Positions 36,352 through 51,370 are shown, counted from the first letter of the stretch. The stretch: 64,000 nt of DNA from Leptogorgia sarmentosa (GCA_964658305.1 OZ210885.1:868001-932000); one strand, 5' to 3'. Notes: a model not told the origin generated them from the sequence alone. Numbers and translations: made by a program.

Positions 36352-36629
36352 TGTTGCGTTGTAAACGCTACTTAAAATCAGCGACAGCCACAAACCGTAA
36401 AATAATGATGATTTAATGATAATTAATATTCGATCTAAAATACAATACAATAATTTCGTAAGGTTAAATTTGATATGTCAATGCTTCTTACCATACAACT
36501 TAATTACTTAAAATGTCCAATAGATTTCACTTACTTCTGTGGCAGGTCGTATACAAAACAGATAAAACTGGTTAGCAGATCACTGGTTAGCTCTAAGCAA
36601 ATCCTGGTTAGCAAACGGTCCTTTTGACA
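36352..36629 (-). repeat. 5' LTR of the BEL/Pao element
   Basis: 278 bp with TGT...ACA termini; direct repeat of 31764-32030. Confidence 0.9.
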
Positions 36630-39600
36630 TGAACTAAAAATATTGAATGAGTCTCTACCTAAGGCATGCAGGTCTTTTACTTGTAATTTTATATTGCTTG
36701 ATTTCTTAATCCCTATAATCATTAACCAATCAGACGTTCTTAATCATAAAATATTTCCCTAACGTTAAAAGTTAATAACAAAACGAAACAATGTCTATTC
36801 GCGAGGGAAATGTCTCTCTTTTCCCGGTAGACTCAATGTTTCCCGAGACGACGAAGTCGAATGAAAATTAAAAAATATTAATACAACAACTTAAACAATT
36901 TTAAATTTTAAATTTCGCCTAGAGGATTTTTAATCTTCCACAATATTTTCGTCTCTCTTAGATTCCGTAGTCTATGGGGAATTTGAGAAAATATTTAATT
37001 AACTTGCAAGGTCAAAGCCGCCATTTTGTTTTCAGGAGGGCAATTTCCAGCAGGCAAGAAACATTGCATTTGGTAAGGATCATGTGACTGCAAACGATCC
37101 AATAACAATCATCATTACGTAATAGCTCTACAACGTACAGTATGAGTAAATTTTGTCCTTTTTACTTTACACCGTTTTTTACATCATCATATAGCGTAAA
37201 AATGAACTTGGCAAGCGATTTTAAAGCAAAATTGCCGTCTTGCTGCAGAAACAATCCACCAATACTTCATGTTCTGAAAATATAATAGGTGATGAAGGGA
37301 GAGGTTCCTGTATTCATGTATTTCTAGAAGCTAATAATAAACATGCATCATAAGAACGAGTACGGCTCCCTGTGGTTCAGTTAATTAGTTGAGTTAATAA
37401 AGAAAGCTCTTCGTCCGTTCTTCTGCCATGGATGTTACCAACATAGATACATCATAACTGAATACCACATGAGCGATAAACTGCGGCATTTAATTGTTTT
37501 CCCTTCCCTTGGTGAAGTATAAATTATAATTTCCAACTAAGTTTATTTAGGCATGAGAGTAATTGCAATATACAGTAATTATGCATGGGAGTAAACGGAA
37601 GATAAAATATATTGGCCATATTCTCTGAAGTTCCTTGTTTCTCGACCCTTAGTGTAATTGCTGCTCAAAATAACTCATGAAAGAAGCAGGGTGTGGGTGA
37701 GGCCGGATGCATTATGATTTGTTTTACTTCCTTTTTCTGTGGTTTCAATGCGTTTTCTGGGCGAACAAAAGCTAACGAATAGCAAACTATGCCTTTTCGT
37801 ATTTCCATATTGCTCGATCGTATAATCGCGTAAATATACACAAACAAACTCATAAACTTTTTTGTGATTCGACTTATCCGTGCAACAACTACTTGTTTGG
37901 AATAGATTATTCTCATGATCAATATTATTTGTGATATAAATCCTACAAGTAAATGGGGGAGAAATACGTGGGAGATATGTACAGTTTCGTACTTCAAATA
38001 TACTCAGTTAGGGGAAATTTGTATAATTTAATAACTGCGTGGAATGATTCGTGGACTCAGTGGGTAAACTTGCTTGGTCTGTTTAGTGCTTTTGACATCT
38101 AACAGCTTTCGACGTGCTATTTGGGTTCAGTTGCGATCAGAATATGTTTCCTTGAACGTTACATCATTATATTAGGTCACAATTCGCGTTAGTCTTGAAT
38201 TCCTGTAGCAGAAAAAAAGTGCATGGTCGGGGTTTTCCCGAAATATTTTCGGCAACTGTTTTGTAAGATTCGTGGACAGTTTAAATATGAACAATAATTA
38301 ACGCTTTCAATGTTTGAAAAATTATAAATAAAATATATTTTGTAATAAGTATAGTAGAATATTTCTTAGAAATCTCGAAAAAGAATCAAATCTGAATACT
38401 GAAATTCTTGCTGGGGGTGTAGCTATAACCTACAGAAATGTTTGTGGGAAACACAAAAATATGCGGAAAAATCACTGACTCCTTGTGGGCCCCAAGAGTG
38501 CAAGTTAAACCGAAATTTGGATCAAGAATAATATTCCGAAAGATGGACGACCCCGTTAAAGTTTTAGACACATCATATAAGGCTACTCTTAATTTAGCTA
38601 GGAAATTTTCAAACAGCTAGGCCATGCCACAGCGTTCAGGTGAATTTTATTAAATTTTAAGGATAGCAATAAATTATGCTACATGCAAAGATTATATTGA
38701 TATCGTTCTCTACAGTACAAATATAGACACATGCATATTCTCACTTCATACATCATCATCCGTAAGGCTTTAATTTTAAATCAGATTATATTATTCCTCG
38801 GAGTAGAAGCGATTAGACAAAAGTAGTTAAAGGTTAGAGTAATAATTAAAAGCTGTCGCTATAGCGATTAAGGACATTGAGAACAATGCCGTATATGGAT
38901 CAAACCATTGTTGACTTAGTAGCACAAAGCGTCATTGTTGGTACAGCGAGGCAATGTACTGATAAAAGTCATATGATGTGGTGTATCCTCACGTCTTCAC
39001 AAAGACTGTCCAGTACGAGTCAGCAGAGCACGCGTGCAGCGAAGTAGACGTATTAAATTTCTAACGTTTTCTAGAAGCTTAATACAATCCTTGTCATCAA
39101 AGAATATACATAACTGCCTCTGTGGCAAATTTGTTTACGGGAATCCTGCAGTTTTTAAGAAAGCATCAAAGAATCTGTTCAAGAATCAGGTATGTCTTTC
39201 AGTTACATCATTTGTAAGCCGGCTACATTGACGGCGTCGTATCCATACAGTGTAGTAGCATTACTGATCTTACACGGCAACGGAAATTATAGTTTACAGT
39301 ACTTGCTTATCTGGTCTTTATCATTCCGAGTTTGTAATAACGGTATCGACAGGCGTGTAATATGTTCCCTTAAAATAGTCCTACTCATCAAAATGCTGTA
39401 AGGTTTCCACTCACTACCTAACCAGTAACCACAGAATTTCAAGCCGTTTCGCAAGCAAGAGCTATTCATTCGATCGTCGGGAATAACTGTAAATTTTATT
39501 TGTAAATACCGTCGTACATTTGTTTGCTTTGTTTGTCAATACATATGCACAGTGTAAACGTATTAAGCTACCGTTAAGCTAAAGTTTAAGTTGTTACCTT

Positions 39601-41799
39601 GCACGGCATTTCCCAAATTTACAGCCGTGCAATACTAATTTCTGCGCGCTGTAATACTGACTCAATCAGTATAAAGGTTTTCACAATCTTTGCAGTACAG
39701 TAATTACAAAATAAGATATGTTATTTTTATACAATAATTCAAAATACTCTATCAAGCTAATATACACAAGTTGAAACTTGAATTTAAACAAGAAACGTAG
39801 GCTAGCCGCTACTGAAAACTTTGAAAGCCATATGAAATCTGATGAGTTAAAAAGTCCTGTCGCTATGAAATTTGGGAGATATTGAATCAGGAACAATTAT
39901 TCTCTTCTGAATGCTGAAAAATGGCGTCGCGTTATCAAAACGCGCCCGGTCTGTGTATAGGCCTTTATGCTGTAATGTACCATGCAGCGATTGAAAAAAA
40001 AATAAATCGACTTCCTCGAAAGCTTATTTCACTTTCCCAACACCTCATTTTACAAAACTGCCGGCGTTACTTTGCCGCTTTTCCAATAAATTTCAAAATT
40101 CCCTCGTTTAACCGCGGTTTTACTTTTCAAAGCGCGATTCTCAAGTCGCTCAAGTCTGCAATTTGAAATACTGCATTGCGTGGTAGCCAACTTGCAATTC
40201 GTTGGTTGCTCAATTAAGTTCTGAAGTGCCGAAATAAAACTTAATGAGGTACCTGAAAGTACTTCAGTCACAGTGTTCAAATATAGCAAGTTAAACGTAT
40301 ATAGTTTTGTCTGATAAACCAAGTCAAATCGTGAAGTTTCATCGCACTACAGTTACAATTTGCGCTCTGAAATCCATCGTAACATCTCTATAACACAACG
40401 GTCTAATACTGCCTGCGTACTGTATGTTTTTTGTTGTGAAATACCCTGAAATGTGGGCTACAAAGTCCTAGACAGTCTGATTATGTGTATCTGAGTTATT
40501 GAGAATGTGAACAATGTTCATAGAGATTAATCCAACATGGATTATTCTGATATTTGTATTTTGATCGCGGAAATCAGCTGAGTTGACCAAACTGTACCAA
40601 TATGACATTTTATGGGAATCATTAGAAACTGGAAGTTGACTGTGCATAGTTGAATAGATTACACGGCATAACCTGTTTTCCGCGTGAAATCTGACTATTA
40701 CGTAATTTTCTCCTACGCAATCTAATTACACCCTAAAGGCCTGTGTATACTTTCACTATGAAAGTCGCAGGTTAAGAATGTACAGGGGAGGAAGCATGTT
40801 TTCAGCACGTTCGTTGCCAGCCCACTCGTTCACATCTATCAGAAGGAGAACATCGCTCAAAAGTTGCTAGTGCACGTAAGGGCCTCAAGATGACCTAGCT
40901 AATTTTGTCTTTGGCTGACGTAACCCCAACCGAAACCAAATACGTACCTAATTTCATGCTTACGAAACCTAATTTCTCGACGTTTCGTTTCGATACGTCC
41001 ACAATCAATCATCCACAAAATACATTTGAAGCATTTGATACCTTGGGAATGCACAACCCCCGCCTGTACCTTTCAATACTGAAACCCAACTTTTATATGT
41101 TCTCAATTTTACAGCATTGCAATACAACATTGAAATGGGGGCAAGGGGTTGTCTTATTAATTTTATGACGATCTCACGAAATCTTATAACTATCTATCGA
41201 AAAGGTCGAAAAACCCCCAGAAATTGAGAGTGGTTTTCGCTTGCAATTATGTGCTAACTATAATTGTATCAGCATCATATTTTTCGCAAATTAAATTAAA
41301 TTTGCGGTTCAAATTGGTGGTTCAATTTGGCGTCATACTTTCAAAGGTTTTCAGACCACATCTTGTAGTCTTTTTGCAACCCACCGAAACGCGTTTTCCG
41401 CTATCTTGATGTTTTTTTCGTATAACCAGCGCAACATGCATGAATGAAGCCTTGATTTCAACATTAAATGTAAGAGTTCAAACGTAGTTTTCTCTTTGGC
41501 GTGCCCTCCAAAATCTTTTCATTTTCGTTTTATATCATTAATTATGAATCCATCAAGCATTTTAAGTGAGTCTGCCGACTGAGAAACCTCAAAATTCTAA
41601 ATTTATATTTCGACGAATTTATACTTCGCCTTAACAACTCAGCAGCCCATATTAGCTATATAATTTCCGGCGAAAGGCATTTGCATGCTCCAAACGTCGA
41701 ATCTTAATACTTTGGAGTGTGTCGACGAGGTAGTAAGTACAATGTTAGCTGGTTATTCTAATCACCATACATGATTTTTTCTACATGTAGGAAATCGTG

Positions 41800-42318
41800 A
41801 TGAGTTTGACAGCATGGTGGAATTTCAAACACACCATCCTCAAATCAGGATCTCTCGATGAGATTGACAAGATAAATGCTGGAAAAACATTCAAAATCCG
41901 TTATCTTGGATGCTGCAATTTGGGGGAACAAGAGCGATGTGATTTCAGTACAACTGCTGACCGAATTGTAAACAATATTCCGAGAAAAATGTTGAAAAAA
42001 TTGCCAGTTTTGAAGCTGTTCATCGACTCCAAATCCTTGTCAGTGTCGGATACACATTCCCCAAACGCCACTCTGTTTGAAGTCCCTCTTTCTGATGTCA
42101 GAGACATATTGTATCGTAAACGTGATCGTCGTTATGGTAACGTATGTATATTTGTAGCAAGGCATATAGCAGTAAGTTCAAGTATGAAAGCTCACGTACT
42201 TTACTGTGATACGTCAAAGATGGCAGAGGAGCTGTTTGAGACATTTCGTGGCGCATTCCATGTATTTGATCAAACTGAGCACGTGGACAGTTCAGTTTAC
42301 CCAGAAATACGTGCCTAA
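41800..42318 (+). CDS. Small PTB/PID (phosphotyrosine-interaction) domain protein, 172 aa (FAM43/LDLRAP1-like)
   Basis: Single coding exon after acceptor tgtag (41790). Pattern FKIRYLG...LKLFIDSKSLSVSD...IFVARH...KAHVLYCDTSKMAEELFETFRGAF fits the PTB fold. An upstream TATA-like sequence (~41658) and a donor (~41730) suggest a non-coding first exon. Confidence 0.75.
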   Translation: MSLTAWWNFKHTILKSGSLDEIDKINAGKTFKIRYLGCCNLGEQERCDFSTTADRIVNNIPRKMLKKLPVLKLFIDSKSLSVSDTHSPNATLFEVPLSDVRDILYRKRDRRYGNVCIFVARHIAVSSSMKAHVLYCDTSKMAEELFETFRGAFHVFDQTEHVDSSVYPEIRA

Positions 42319-44110
42319 TGCTTCCATTTTATGCACTGTAAACGACATCCGGAATCAATTTGAAACTAAACTAAAATCATTTCGTAATTAACCATAGCAA
42401 AAAAGATGGCGGTAGATACATTATACCAGAATGCGTTGCGGGTATGAAATACACATAGCTGCATAAAATTTGCAAGAAGCATAGCTAAACGATTTCAGAC
42501 CGCGCTGCATTCTGGTAAAATGTACACTTGAGTCACACACCGCGAGAGAAAGTCATCTGTGACGAGAACAACAGCATGCAACTTCCCTGCTAGTTCAATT
42601 TTCTCGTTTTGATGGATGTGAACGAGTAAACTAGTTACAAATGTTCAGGTGAGGAAGCACGCACTCAGCACATTCGTTATTAATCCACTCATTCACATCC
42701 GTCAAAAGGAAAAAATGGCACTTGAAATCGCAGCAAACGGGCCTTCACAAGGCTTGTGGAAAGTATGATTATGTATGAGTGCCATGCATAACATGTCTGG
42801 AATAGAATACGAACTGGAACGATGAAACATGACATTCAGTGCCAGTCCCTGTCTGTTTTTGCCGGCACGGTCAACACAAACTGCCGTCTAGTACCAGTCC
42901 CTTTGAAATGTTTCCCGTGTTCTATAATTACATATAAAATCTCGCTGTTGACTACTTTCTTTTCCATTAATAGGAGAAACCCTTGTTGTTTTCAATAGCA
43001 ATTTATGTTACTGTCAAATTTTCGTATTTTACTTTTACTTTAATTATTGCCGACATTATAAAAATCCCGTGACTTGGGAGCATTATGCTCGTGAGAAAGC
43101 ATTCAGAATTTTCCACGCTGGATACTGTGCAGGATTGTCTGATCCTGCACGGCTATTGACCAATCGAATTGCATGTTTTACATAGTTATTCTCAAAAATA
43201 CAGTTTCGTTTTTGAAAAGTCATCATGCTGGTCGATCGAGTTACAGTAGACATGGTACAGATACCGAGATCAAATATTATGATTTTCAAAAGAAAGCCAA
43301 ATGAATTAATCTCAAATAAATGTGACAGCTGGAGGTGAATTTTTTAAGACTATTTATATATTTAAGATTGACTTACCTGAATCTCTTTTAGCGGTTTCGA
43401 GACCCGGCATGGCGTTATTGGCGAGGTTATCGCTGTCTATCCGGTTAACCAATAATCACACTTGCAATAGGCCAAGTGAAATGTAGCGACAGAGGTAGCG
43501 ATTGTGCGAAGCAAATCTAAATCTCGCCATTATGATAATTAAAACCGCAGGAACATGTGAACAATGAATGCCTGTTGCGGAACAGCATTGCAGGTATGAT
43601 TTTCAGCCGTAAATGAAAAAATGACACTTGTGTCAATCTACTTGTTTTTATTAAAACCTTAGTAAATATTGTCCTTGTTTTAGCATTCTATACCTAATTT
43701 ACTTTTCAGTTACTCCGACCTACATAATTGCTCATCGATATTATGTTATTAAAATGTTTACTTTTATTACTCAACTTGTTCGTCGCATCAGATCGATAGT
43801 TTTATATATGTTTCAATCAATCCGCCACTTCTAGATAATTATAGATATTACCAGTAGATATATAAGGCAGTATTATACAGCTACGCAGGTTTATAGGCTT
43901 ATAGCAGAGTGCTCTGCATTTGTTCAATTTGAATTCTCACGTATCTTTAATTTGTTTGCCATGAGTGAGATAAAGTACACGGTTAGGAACGCCTTTGCGA
44001 AATCGTCTTCGTGACTCGTGTAACCCAGTCGTTTTAAGTAAAATTCATTACTTCATCAGTAGCATTGATGCTAGTGGCTAATATCAATGTATTTTGGCAT
44101 ATGTATTAGA

Positions 44111-47100
44111 CTAATCTACCTCGGGAAGAACTGGCACTCTGGGCATTAACGATCTTCTTTTTGACATGGTTAAACCAGGAGGATGATTTGTTGTTGTTGC
44201 GTTCTCTGGGGCTGCACCAAAAAGATGACTTTCCCTCCGACTTAGTCTCCTTGGCAACGAATTGTTTGTCTCATCAGTAACTGAAATACTGCATAGGTGA
44301 TTATCGGCTGTCTCAGGTTTAAGGCTTGCACTTCTGTTACCTGGGGCGATACTGCCGCGGTCATTGAAAACCAAGTCAGTTTTGAGAGCGTTATCAGCGT
44401 TAACCAGCACTCTTCTGCGTTTCTTGGGTAACTTGAGTCTTGCTTGCGCGTGGGAATAATAGAGAGAGAAGTTGTTGACAATGACGGGAACTGGTAATGC
44501 AATCATGAGTACGCCGCTTACCGCACAAAACGAGCCTACCATCTTTCCAGGGATTGTAACAGGGACAATATCGCCATATCCTACGGTTGTCATGGTAACA
44601 ATGGCCCACCAAGCCGCTGCTGGAATGCTTGTGAATTTTGTGTTTTCTTCATCCTTTTCACAATAATATATCAAGCTTGAAAATATCACTACACCTATCA
44701 ACAGGAAGAACACAAGCAAAACAAGTTCTCTTATGCTGGCTTTCAAGGTGTGGCCTAATATTTGAAGATCAGTGGAGTGTCTGGACAGTTTAAAGATTCG
44801 AAATATTCGAATCAATCTGAGGACCAATAGGATTTCGACTTGAGTGTTACCGTCCGACGATTGTCTACTTGTGTTGCGACTGCTGAATGCAAGACTGATG
44901 TAGAAAGGAACAATGGCAAGGAAGTCGATCCAGTTCATTATGTTCTTCATAAAAGCTTTTTTGTCGGGACTGAAAATGAGGCGAATTGTGAGTTCAACAG
45001 TAAACCAAGCAACACATATCCCTTCTATGATCAGAAGTGACATATAGCGTTCATCCTGCGCAAAATACTCCAACGATTCCAAACACACGATAAAAACTGA
45101 CAAGATGATAAAGATTAACGATATGTAGCCAATTATCTAGAGAAGGAAAAAGAATATCAAATTAATAATTATCCGGAAATGCTCAGGCCCGTTCGCACGA
45201 GCGATTTCGTCGCAATCCCTAGTTTTATTTTCTCTTTTTTTCTTCGTTAGTACAATAAGGATGTAGACGTTCTCTTTAGTTTTGATCCAGTTTTGAAATT
45301 ATCATTAACATGAAGTCTTAGCAGCTGCAGTAAATGCCTCGGCTGTATTTCAATTTTGCTTTGAAAATAAAAATGATATATATTTGATAAAGTATCCGAA
45401 TTGATATTAAATCGTAGCCAAAAACCGTATTGTTTTAGGGTAGCTCAAAAGAATGGACCTACATGTACAATCAATAAGTGACAAACCAAACAGACAATTC
45501 TCCAGTGCTTGCCACCAGCAACCACATTAAAGATTGTCTGCAGGAGACGAAGCAATTAGTTTTATTCGTAATATGACGTCGACTATGCATGGCTACTCTT
45601 CTTTTGAGTTGCGTAATTTATTGGACATAGAATTTATTGTGTTCGCGGAAATTTTCTATAGTTGTACAAAGTAAATAAACGATGAACGAAAGTATCTAAT
45701 AAGTATATGTTGTCGTCGTCATTGTTGTTGTTCCTGTGGCAACGCCGATATAACATCATACCGCTCAAACATGCATGCTCACTATTGAGCCTGCTGCTCA
45801 CTATATATTGAATGTTTCAATCAGCCGAATCATTGAATCTTATCCTCCATTCAAACGATGTTATTTAATTCCCCAGAGTGTTTGACGACAAAACTATATT
45901 TACTTGTTTTCCACTCAGGAAATAAACATGCACGGATTGAATCGGACTGGACTCTTTTCGATCGCAATGATTATTTAACACTGTACTGCCTGACAGAACT
46001 GAAAATCCTTCAAACCTTTATCGTAAGATTATAGGTTCAAACTGGAACAGAAAATTGGTACCAAAAGCGCATTTGCGGCTTGAATTTTGTTCTTATCCGG
46101 TCCGATCCCATGCTTATTATGTCCTGAATGGGACCGACCTTTTCTACAGATTAAGTGCTCATTTGATGGTGATTTTTGAGGATCTTTGAGGTAAATTTCA
46201 TGAGACAATAACGTTTACAAAGGGATCCTTCTGCTTTCAGTGTTTCGTAGTAAATTGGCAACTACAACAAAAGCACATTTGCAGTATGCGCGCATTCAGG
46301 CGTTTCTTTTCTTTAAAAGTTCTATGTCAAGGCATAAAGCGAGGCGTATTGATTGTATTAGTGCCCTGGTGCTAAAAAATTATTCAAGGACACGGAGTAT
46401 ACCTTCAAAAATGAGAAATGTGTACACTAGATTGTGAGATGGTCTGCAGTGGTTGACACAATCGGCATTGCACGCATATATTGGAACCATTTCTACAGGT
46501 AGATTTTAGCCAAATGTGTATCGTTATTCTTGTTAACATTATTAGCCCTATCGAAAACTATATTGTGGTTTTGGTTATTTATTTTGACTCGCTTTGTTGG
46601 AGTTCAAAATCAGATTGGAGACTGCATATACCGTGTTTAAATTAATTATTACATTTTATGTTAATGATTAATTTTTCATGTTATATACTTTTCGTTGAGT
46701 GCAAGTTATGTGTGCCGTTAAGGTTTATATGATATAAGCACTTGGCTAAAAGCAAAAAAGTATATGTCATGAAATTTCTATAAATTTCCATCATTTCCTA
46801 AATCTGCAACAGGAGACAAGCAGTCTCGAGGGAATATTTAACGAACAAACTTTGAATAGATTTCCTACCTTGGCGATTTTTGACGATTGTGGATCATCCA
46901 TTAAAGACCAAATTTTTGGCTGCCATCTTTCCCAACATCCCGCTCTTTCATGCACTTCTTCTTCAATCATATTGAAAGTATCGTCCTCCTCAAAATCGAT
47001 TTGAAATTCAATGCCTTCAAAGGCTTTGAGAGTCTCTTGAGCTTCTCTATGTTGTCGATATGTTAACCAACAACAAGATTCAACTTGATCGTCGTCAATC

Positions 47101-47564
47101 CCCCAATAGCCAAGTTCTTCTTCGTAAAGCGGTCCACATACATCTAGAGGGGCATGAAGTTTACCTGTACGATAATAGTTTAGTACTGCAGCAAAAACAG
47201 CAGGGTGTCGGTCGAAGAAATACTCTTCATTTTCTGGGTCGTAATCAACTTGGGCTGTTGTTTCAGTGATCCAAGACAGTCTTGTATCTGGGATATTCTT
47301 TAAAGTAGTTTTATATGTTTCATGAATTTGCCCGCCAACATTAATTTTTACTCGTTGTTGCTGATGCTTAATTTTAGGAACTTCAGTGCCGCTACTTCCT
47401 CGACCAGAATCTTCTTCCAAAGTATTTCTCCCTTCAATTGTAGACTTGTGTTTATTACAAGTGTCTTCTGTATGTTCCATTGTGCGAAGGGTATTTCTCT
47501 CCTCTATTGTTATCTTTTTATCTCCCTGAGTCATTTCAACCGAGTCCTTGTCCTTCAAATCCAT
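44111..47564 (-). CDS. Shaw: Voltage-gated potassium channel, Shaw/Kv3 (KCNC) subfamily, 2 exons, ~573 aa
   Basis: Exons 47564-46869 and 45136-44111 (phase 0). T1 domain INVGG...[36 protein letters not shown]...ESCCW (H-x5-C...CC Zn site); S4 [15 protein letters not shown]; pore [10 protein letters not shown]6 PVPVIVNNF. Confidence 0.95.
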
Positions 47565-49479
47565 ATTCGGCTATGTCCCTGCTATAATGTGTTGCCAAAG
47601 TTACGTAGTGCACTTAATACTGAACAACAAGCGTGTCGAATTTTTAATCCTTTTTACAAACCTTTGTCACTTCACCTTAAAAACTGCTAAAGACTGTAGT
47701 ACTGGGTGAGAGAGTGATCTACTTTTTCTGATCTTTTATGTTTAACGACTTTCAGTCAAAACATTTTGTACAAAGACAAAACGATACACTGTTACCGCGT
47801 GTCCAGCTTCAACACGAAGAATAAAATCCTACCAATTTTATTATCCAGTTGGGAATATGTAAAAGTATAAGAGCAAAGATCAAATTATATTTTTACTGTT
47901 GATCAGATCCACGTTTTGCTCAGTTTTGTCCTCCTCATTTATTTAATAGTAATATGCTCTCAAACGACAAACGTATGCTCCAAATTTTGACAACAAATGC
48001 CAGAATAAGTCCTCCTTTGCAGTTTTATTCTTTCTCCTTTCAGATAGAATCTTAAAAGGTTTTTAGGCAACAGAGTGAGTAAACAGTGGTTTAAATCGTC
48101 GTTTTGTGGTGTAGTTATATCGATGCAATAGCTGGCCGTCTTGTCGTCATTTAGTATGATGTCAAACGGATGCAGTATTCTTGAATACGATAACAAACGC
48201 CAAGAAAAGTACCTTTTTTCCCACTCGTTTTACTTTTTCCTTTATTACAATATGATCTTGAACGTTTTTGAGGTTACAATTTGTAGTAAAAGGCGGTTAT
48301 AAAACGATGCTTTGTGGTTTATCATGTCGAGATCGAGCTCAAGGCTAGGCGATATTTTGAAAAGAGCAGGTGTAAAAATATTAATTGACCACAGACAACT
48401 GTACACATAATTGAAACCGACATATTTGAAATAAAAAATCTTCCGCGAGTGATGTGCTTTTGCTCTGTTAAACACAAAATGCAGGCTAAAATACATTGTT
48501 AATACAAAATTTGTCAGAATTAATCGAAATACGTTGTTTTCGAGAAAAGATCGAGATCATTTTTATTACAAAGGCCGATAGAGGGCTTAATTTCCATATA
48601 AAATCAACACAAAGTGCTGACGAATTTTGCTAATATATTCCAAGTCTTATAATATTTATTAGGTTTAGTTTTGTCCAGCCAATAGGAATTCAACATTACG
48701 GCACTATACAAATGCACCTGCAGAGTTTACATATGAATATTCAAGTGTTTCATTTTTATTCCAATTCTACATTCATAAAATGTAATATCATTCAAGCGTA
48801 TCGCGGCGAAGTTGTTCTCAGAGAGAATGTACGATTTTACACGAATACAGTATTCAACACCGTGATATTAAACTCTAATAATTATAATCATATATATGTA
48901 TTACATTTGAGTACAAATAAAAATAAAATTTAAGTTAACCTCTTGTACATGGGGCAAGATGAATAGTAGCTACAGTATGCGGGCTTCAGTACCCCACTGT
49001 AAGCAGCCATGATAACCTTCGTTTATAATTATTACGCGGACGTGACTTGCCGTCGTCACAAAAAGCGTGTGGCTATATTCTTATATCCATGTGATATTAA
49101 AACTGATGTACACTCATGTACTCACATATCCACAGGCGTACCGAACCCCCCAGTATTTCATTTTCATCTATATAGAGCACTCTTTGCGTAGATTAATTAG
49201 TTTCTATCACACCGTGAGTTGTTTTACTCGGTGATGTGCTCTGGGAAAAAAACTTGCAGGTTTTCATTCTCTCACCACATATTTTCCCCTCGACCATACG
49301 AGCGAATTATGCCTGTCGATTATTCCTTATTCATGTCGATTTTGATGGAAATTTTTTTTCCTCGTTTCCAAGTATTGTCACTTTAACCGCGTTTTTACCT
49401 GAAAATACGCCATAATTGTCTGCGATAGAAGGTGAATGCGAAAACATTTAAAAAAATTATATTTAAACCCTACAGTTGA

Positions 49480-49830
49480 CAGGTAAATATCATGGAACAG
49501 TTTATCCCCAGTCCTATTTATTATATCGCTGATACCCCCGACTCTTATTCTTATAACGACCAAGGCTCAATATGATTTGGACAGAGTAGAGGAGTTATCG
49601 ACCACCTTCTCTATAGGGATGATCTTAAGATATACGGAAAAAATGAGCACCAAGTGGATACATGCACCCAAACGGTAAGAGGGGTGAGTAGCGATGTGTG
49701 CGTGGTGTTTGGAATATCTAAGTGTGCAGCATTGACCATGAATGGGGACAGCGTGTAAACAGTGATGGCTTTAGTATTCAGATGGTAATACAATTCGACC
49801 ATTGAATGAGAAAGAGCAGGTGTATTTTAA
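49480..49830 (+). mobile_element. Degenerate non-LTR retrotransposon RT relic (R4/Dong-like)
   Basis: Translates as SLSPVLFIISLIPPTLIL ... IDHLLYRDDLKIYGKNEHQVDT...VFGISKCAALTM, matching RT motifs 4-6 of that clade. Confidence 0.65.
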
Positions 49831-51081
49831 AACGTGCAATGCTACACAAACTGTGAAGCTCTAAATCAATTTGTGCAGGCAGTCTAAATCAAGTTGCATG
49901 CAACTCTTAAAGTTTTTTTTTCACATTATTAAGCAACAAGTTAATTCAGAGGTAGAATGCTATTGAAAAAATGGTAGGCTGTTTGGGACTTTAATAATGA
50001 AGCTATATGAAATGCTGCATTAATTCTGTATCATGTTAGAACATTAAATATCTGCAATTCTGGCTTGTCATATTGACAAGATATGCACGCTGAAGGAATG
50101 TTCATTTTTGCACAATTAAGATCTTTTTACATTTGTTGACATTTCACAGGTTGAAACAACAACATTTTCCGGGTACGGTTGAGACGCGTTTTGCTTTTTA
50201 ATGCAATTTAATTTTTTGAAACATTAATTGTTGCATGTGACACATCCGCACTATATATAATTATCATGGCAGAAAAGAGTAACTACTATTGGTAAATATT
50301 TTGGCATTAGCCTTTGGATAAGGAATTTATTGTAAAATAATTATAGAGACGTTCAATTAAACTGTCGGAACTAGCATATAGAAATGAACTATAACTAATA
50401 TCTAGGCACATGACATTTACATTAAAAAATATCATCAGAATTCATAATTGGTATTATACATGCTGATAATCTGGATTAATAATATAATATTATTATTATA
50501 TTTTATTATTATTAATCATAAAATATATTAGATAGCATAGCGGGGTGCATGCTACGTCCATGTATTTGTCTGTATTATCCAGCATGAAATCCAGTAGCTG
50601 AGTCGTCAAAAATTAGACATAAATTCGATGTAAATCCCGATACACATTTTAAAGAATATGAGGTACAGTTTTTGCAGTCTGAAACATCACTGCACGGCTT
50701 TAAGAAATCATAGCACTTATCGACCGACCAGTCATCAGCTAGCAACAATGATCTCTAAACAAAAGAAAATTAACAGTCAGAATATCTGTTTTTCAAAAGG
50801 CGCTTACTCAAGGTCTTCAAATCGCAGCGATCTAAGACAATTAAAACAACTTAAGGCGATTAGGAGAAAATTTAACGAAAATTGAGTAGGCCTAGAGACT
50901 AGAGTAACAAGACTCGTAGGAAACTTGTGTTCATTAATTGTGGGCAATTTTAACATTGTACATTGTCCTGTGAATAACACGCAGCGAAAATTCCTAATGA
51001 GTTCCCAAATGCATGGGACTCGAATGAAATAGGAACATAGGAGAATTCATTTGATCCTGCATGTACATTGTCTCAAACTAA

Positions 51082-51370
51082 AGCCCCTTACAGACGAGCA
51101 ACTTTTCTATGACAAGTTTTTATGTGGCAAGTTTACTTTGCTCGTCTGTACGTCCCATTTTGCCAATTTTCTCTATGACAAATGCACTTGCTAACAAGTG
51201 GACTTTGTCGTCTGTACGGTCAACAAAGAAAACTTAATGTCACAGTAAAATTGTTGACTTGTACTGCATGATGTTGTACATGCAGACGGGCAATAAAAAT
51301 TTGTCATATAAAAAATCTTGTGCATACACACGTTCACTTAGCAAAGTAAAGTTGTCACATAAAAACTTGA
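51082..51370. mobile_element. Harbinger-like MITE remnant
   Basis: Starts taa-agccccttacagacgagcaac; repeated tgacaa/ttgtca and cgtctgtacg subterminal motifs. Confidence 0.4.

Larger units (their letters stand above)
31764..36629 (-). mobile_element. BEL/Pao LTR retrotransposon, defective (integrase deleted, two frameshifts)
   Basis: LTRs at 36352-36629 (TGT...ACA) and 31764-32030 (5'-clipped) differ at only 2 of 267 bp. Gag with DUF1759-like LPEFAGD and Cys/His knuckles; protease LLDSGAQ; RT YMDD; Pao RNase H (FADAS, KSRVAP, TIPRLEL, DNVADNLSRG). Confidence 0.95.

Noticed and set aside
35485..36450. ORF with a hydrophobic N-terminus suggesting an env or membrane protein
   Set aside because: The N-terminal part is LTR/leader sequence; gag most likely starts at ATG 36294.
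37400..41500. Many short ORFs (60-110 aa)
   Set aside because: No motifs or splice-consistent structure; consistent with chance ORFs in AT-rich intergenic DNA.
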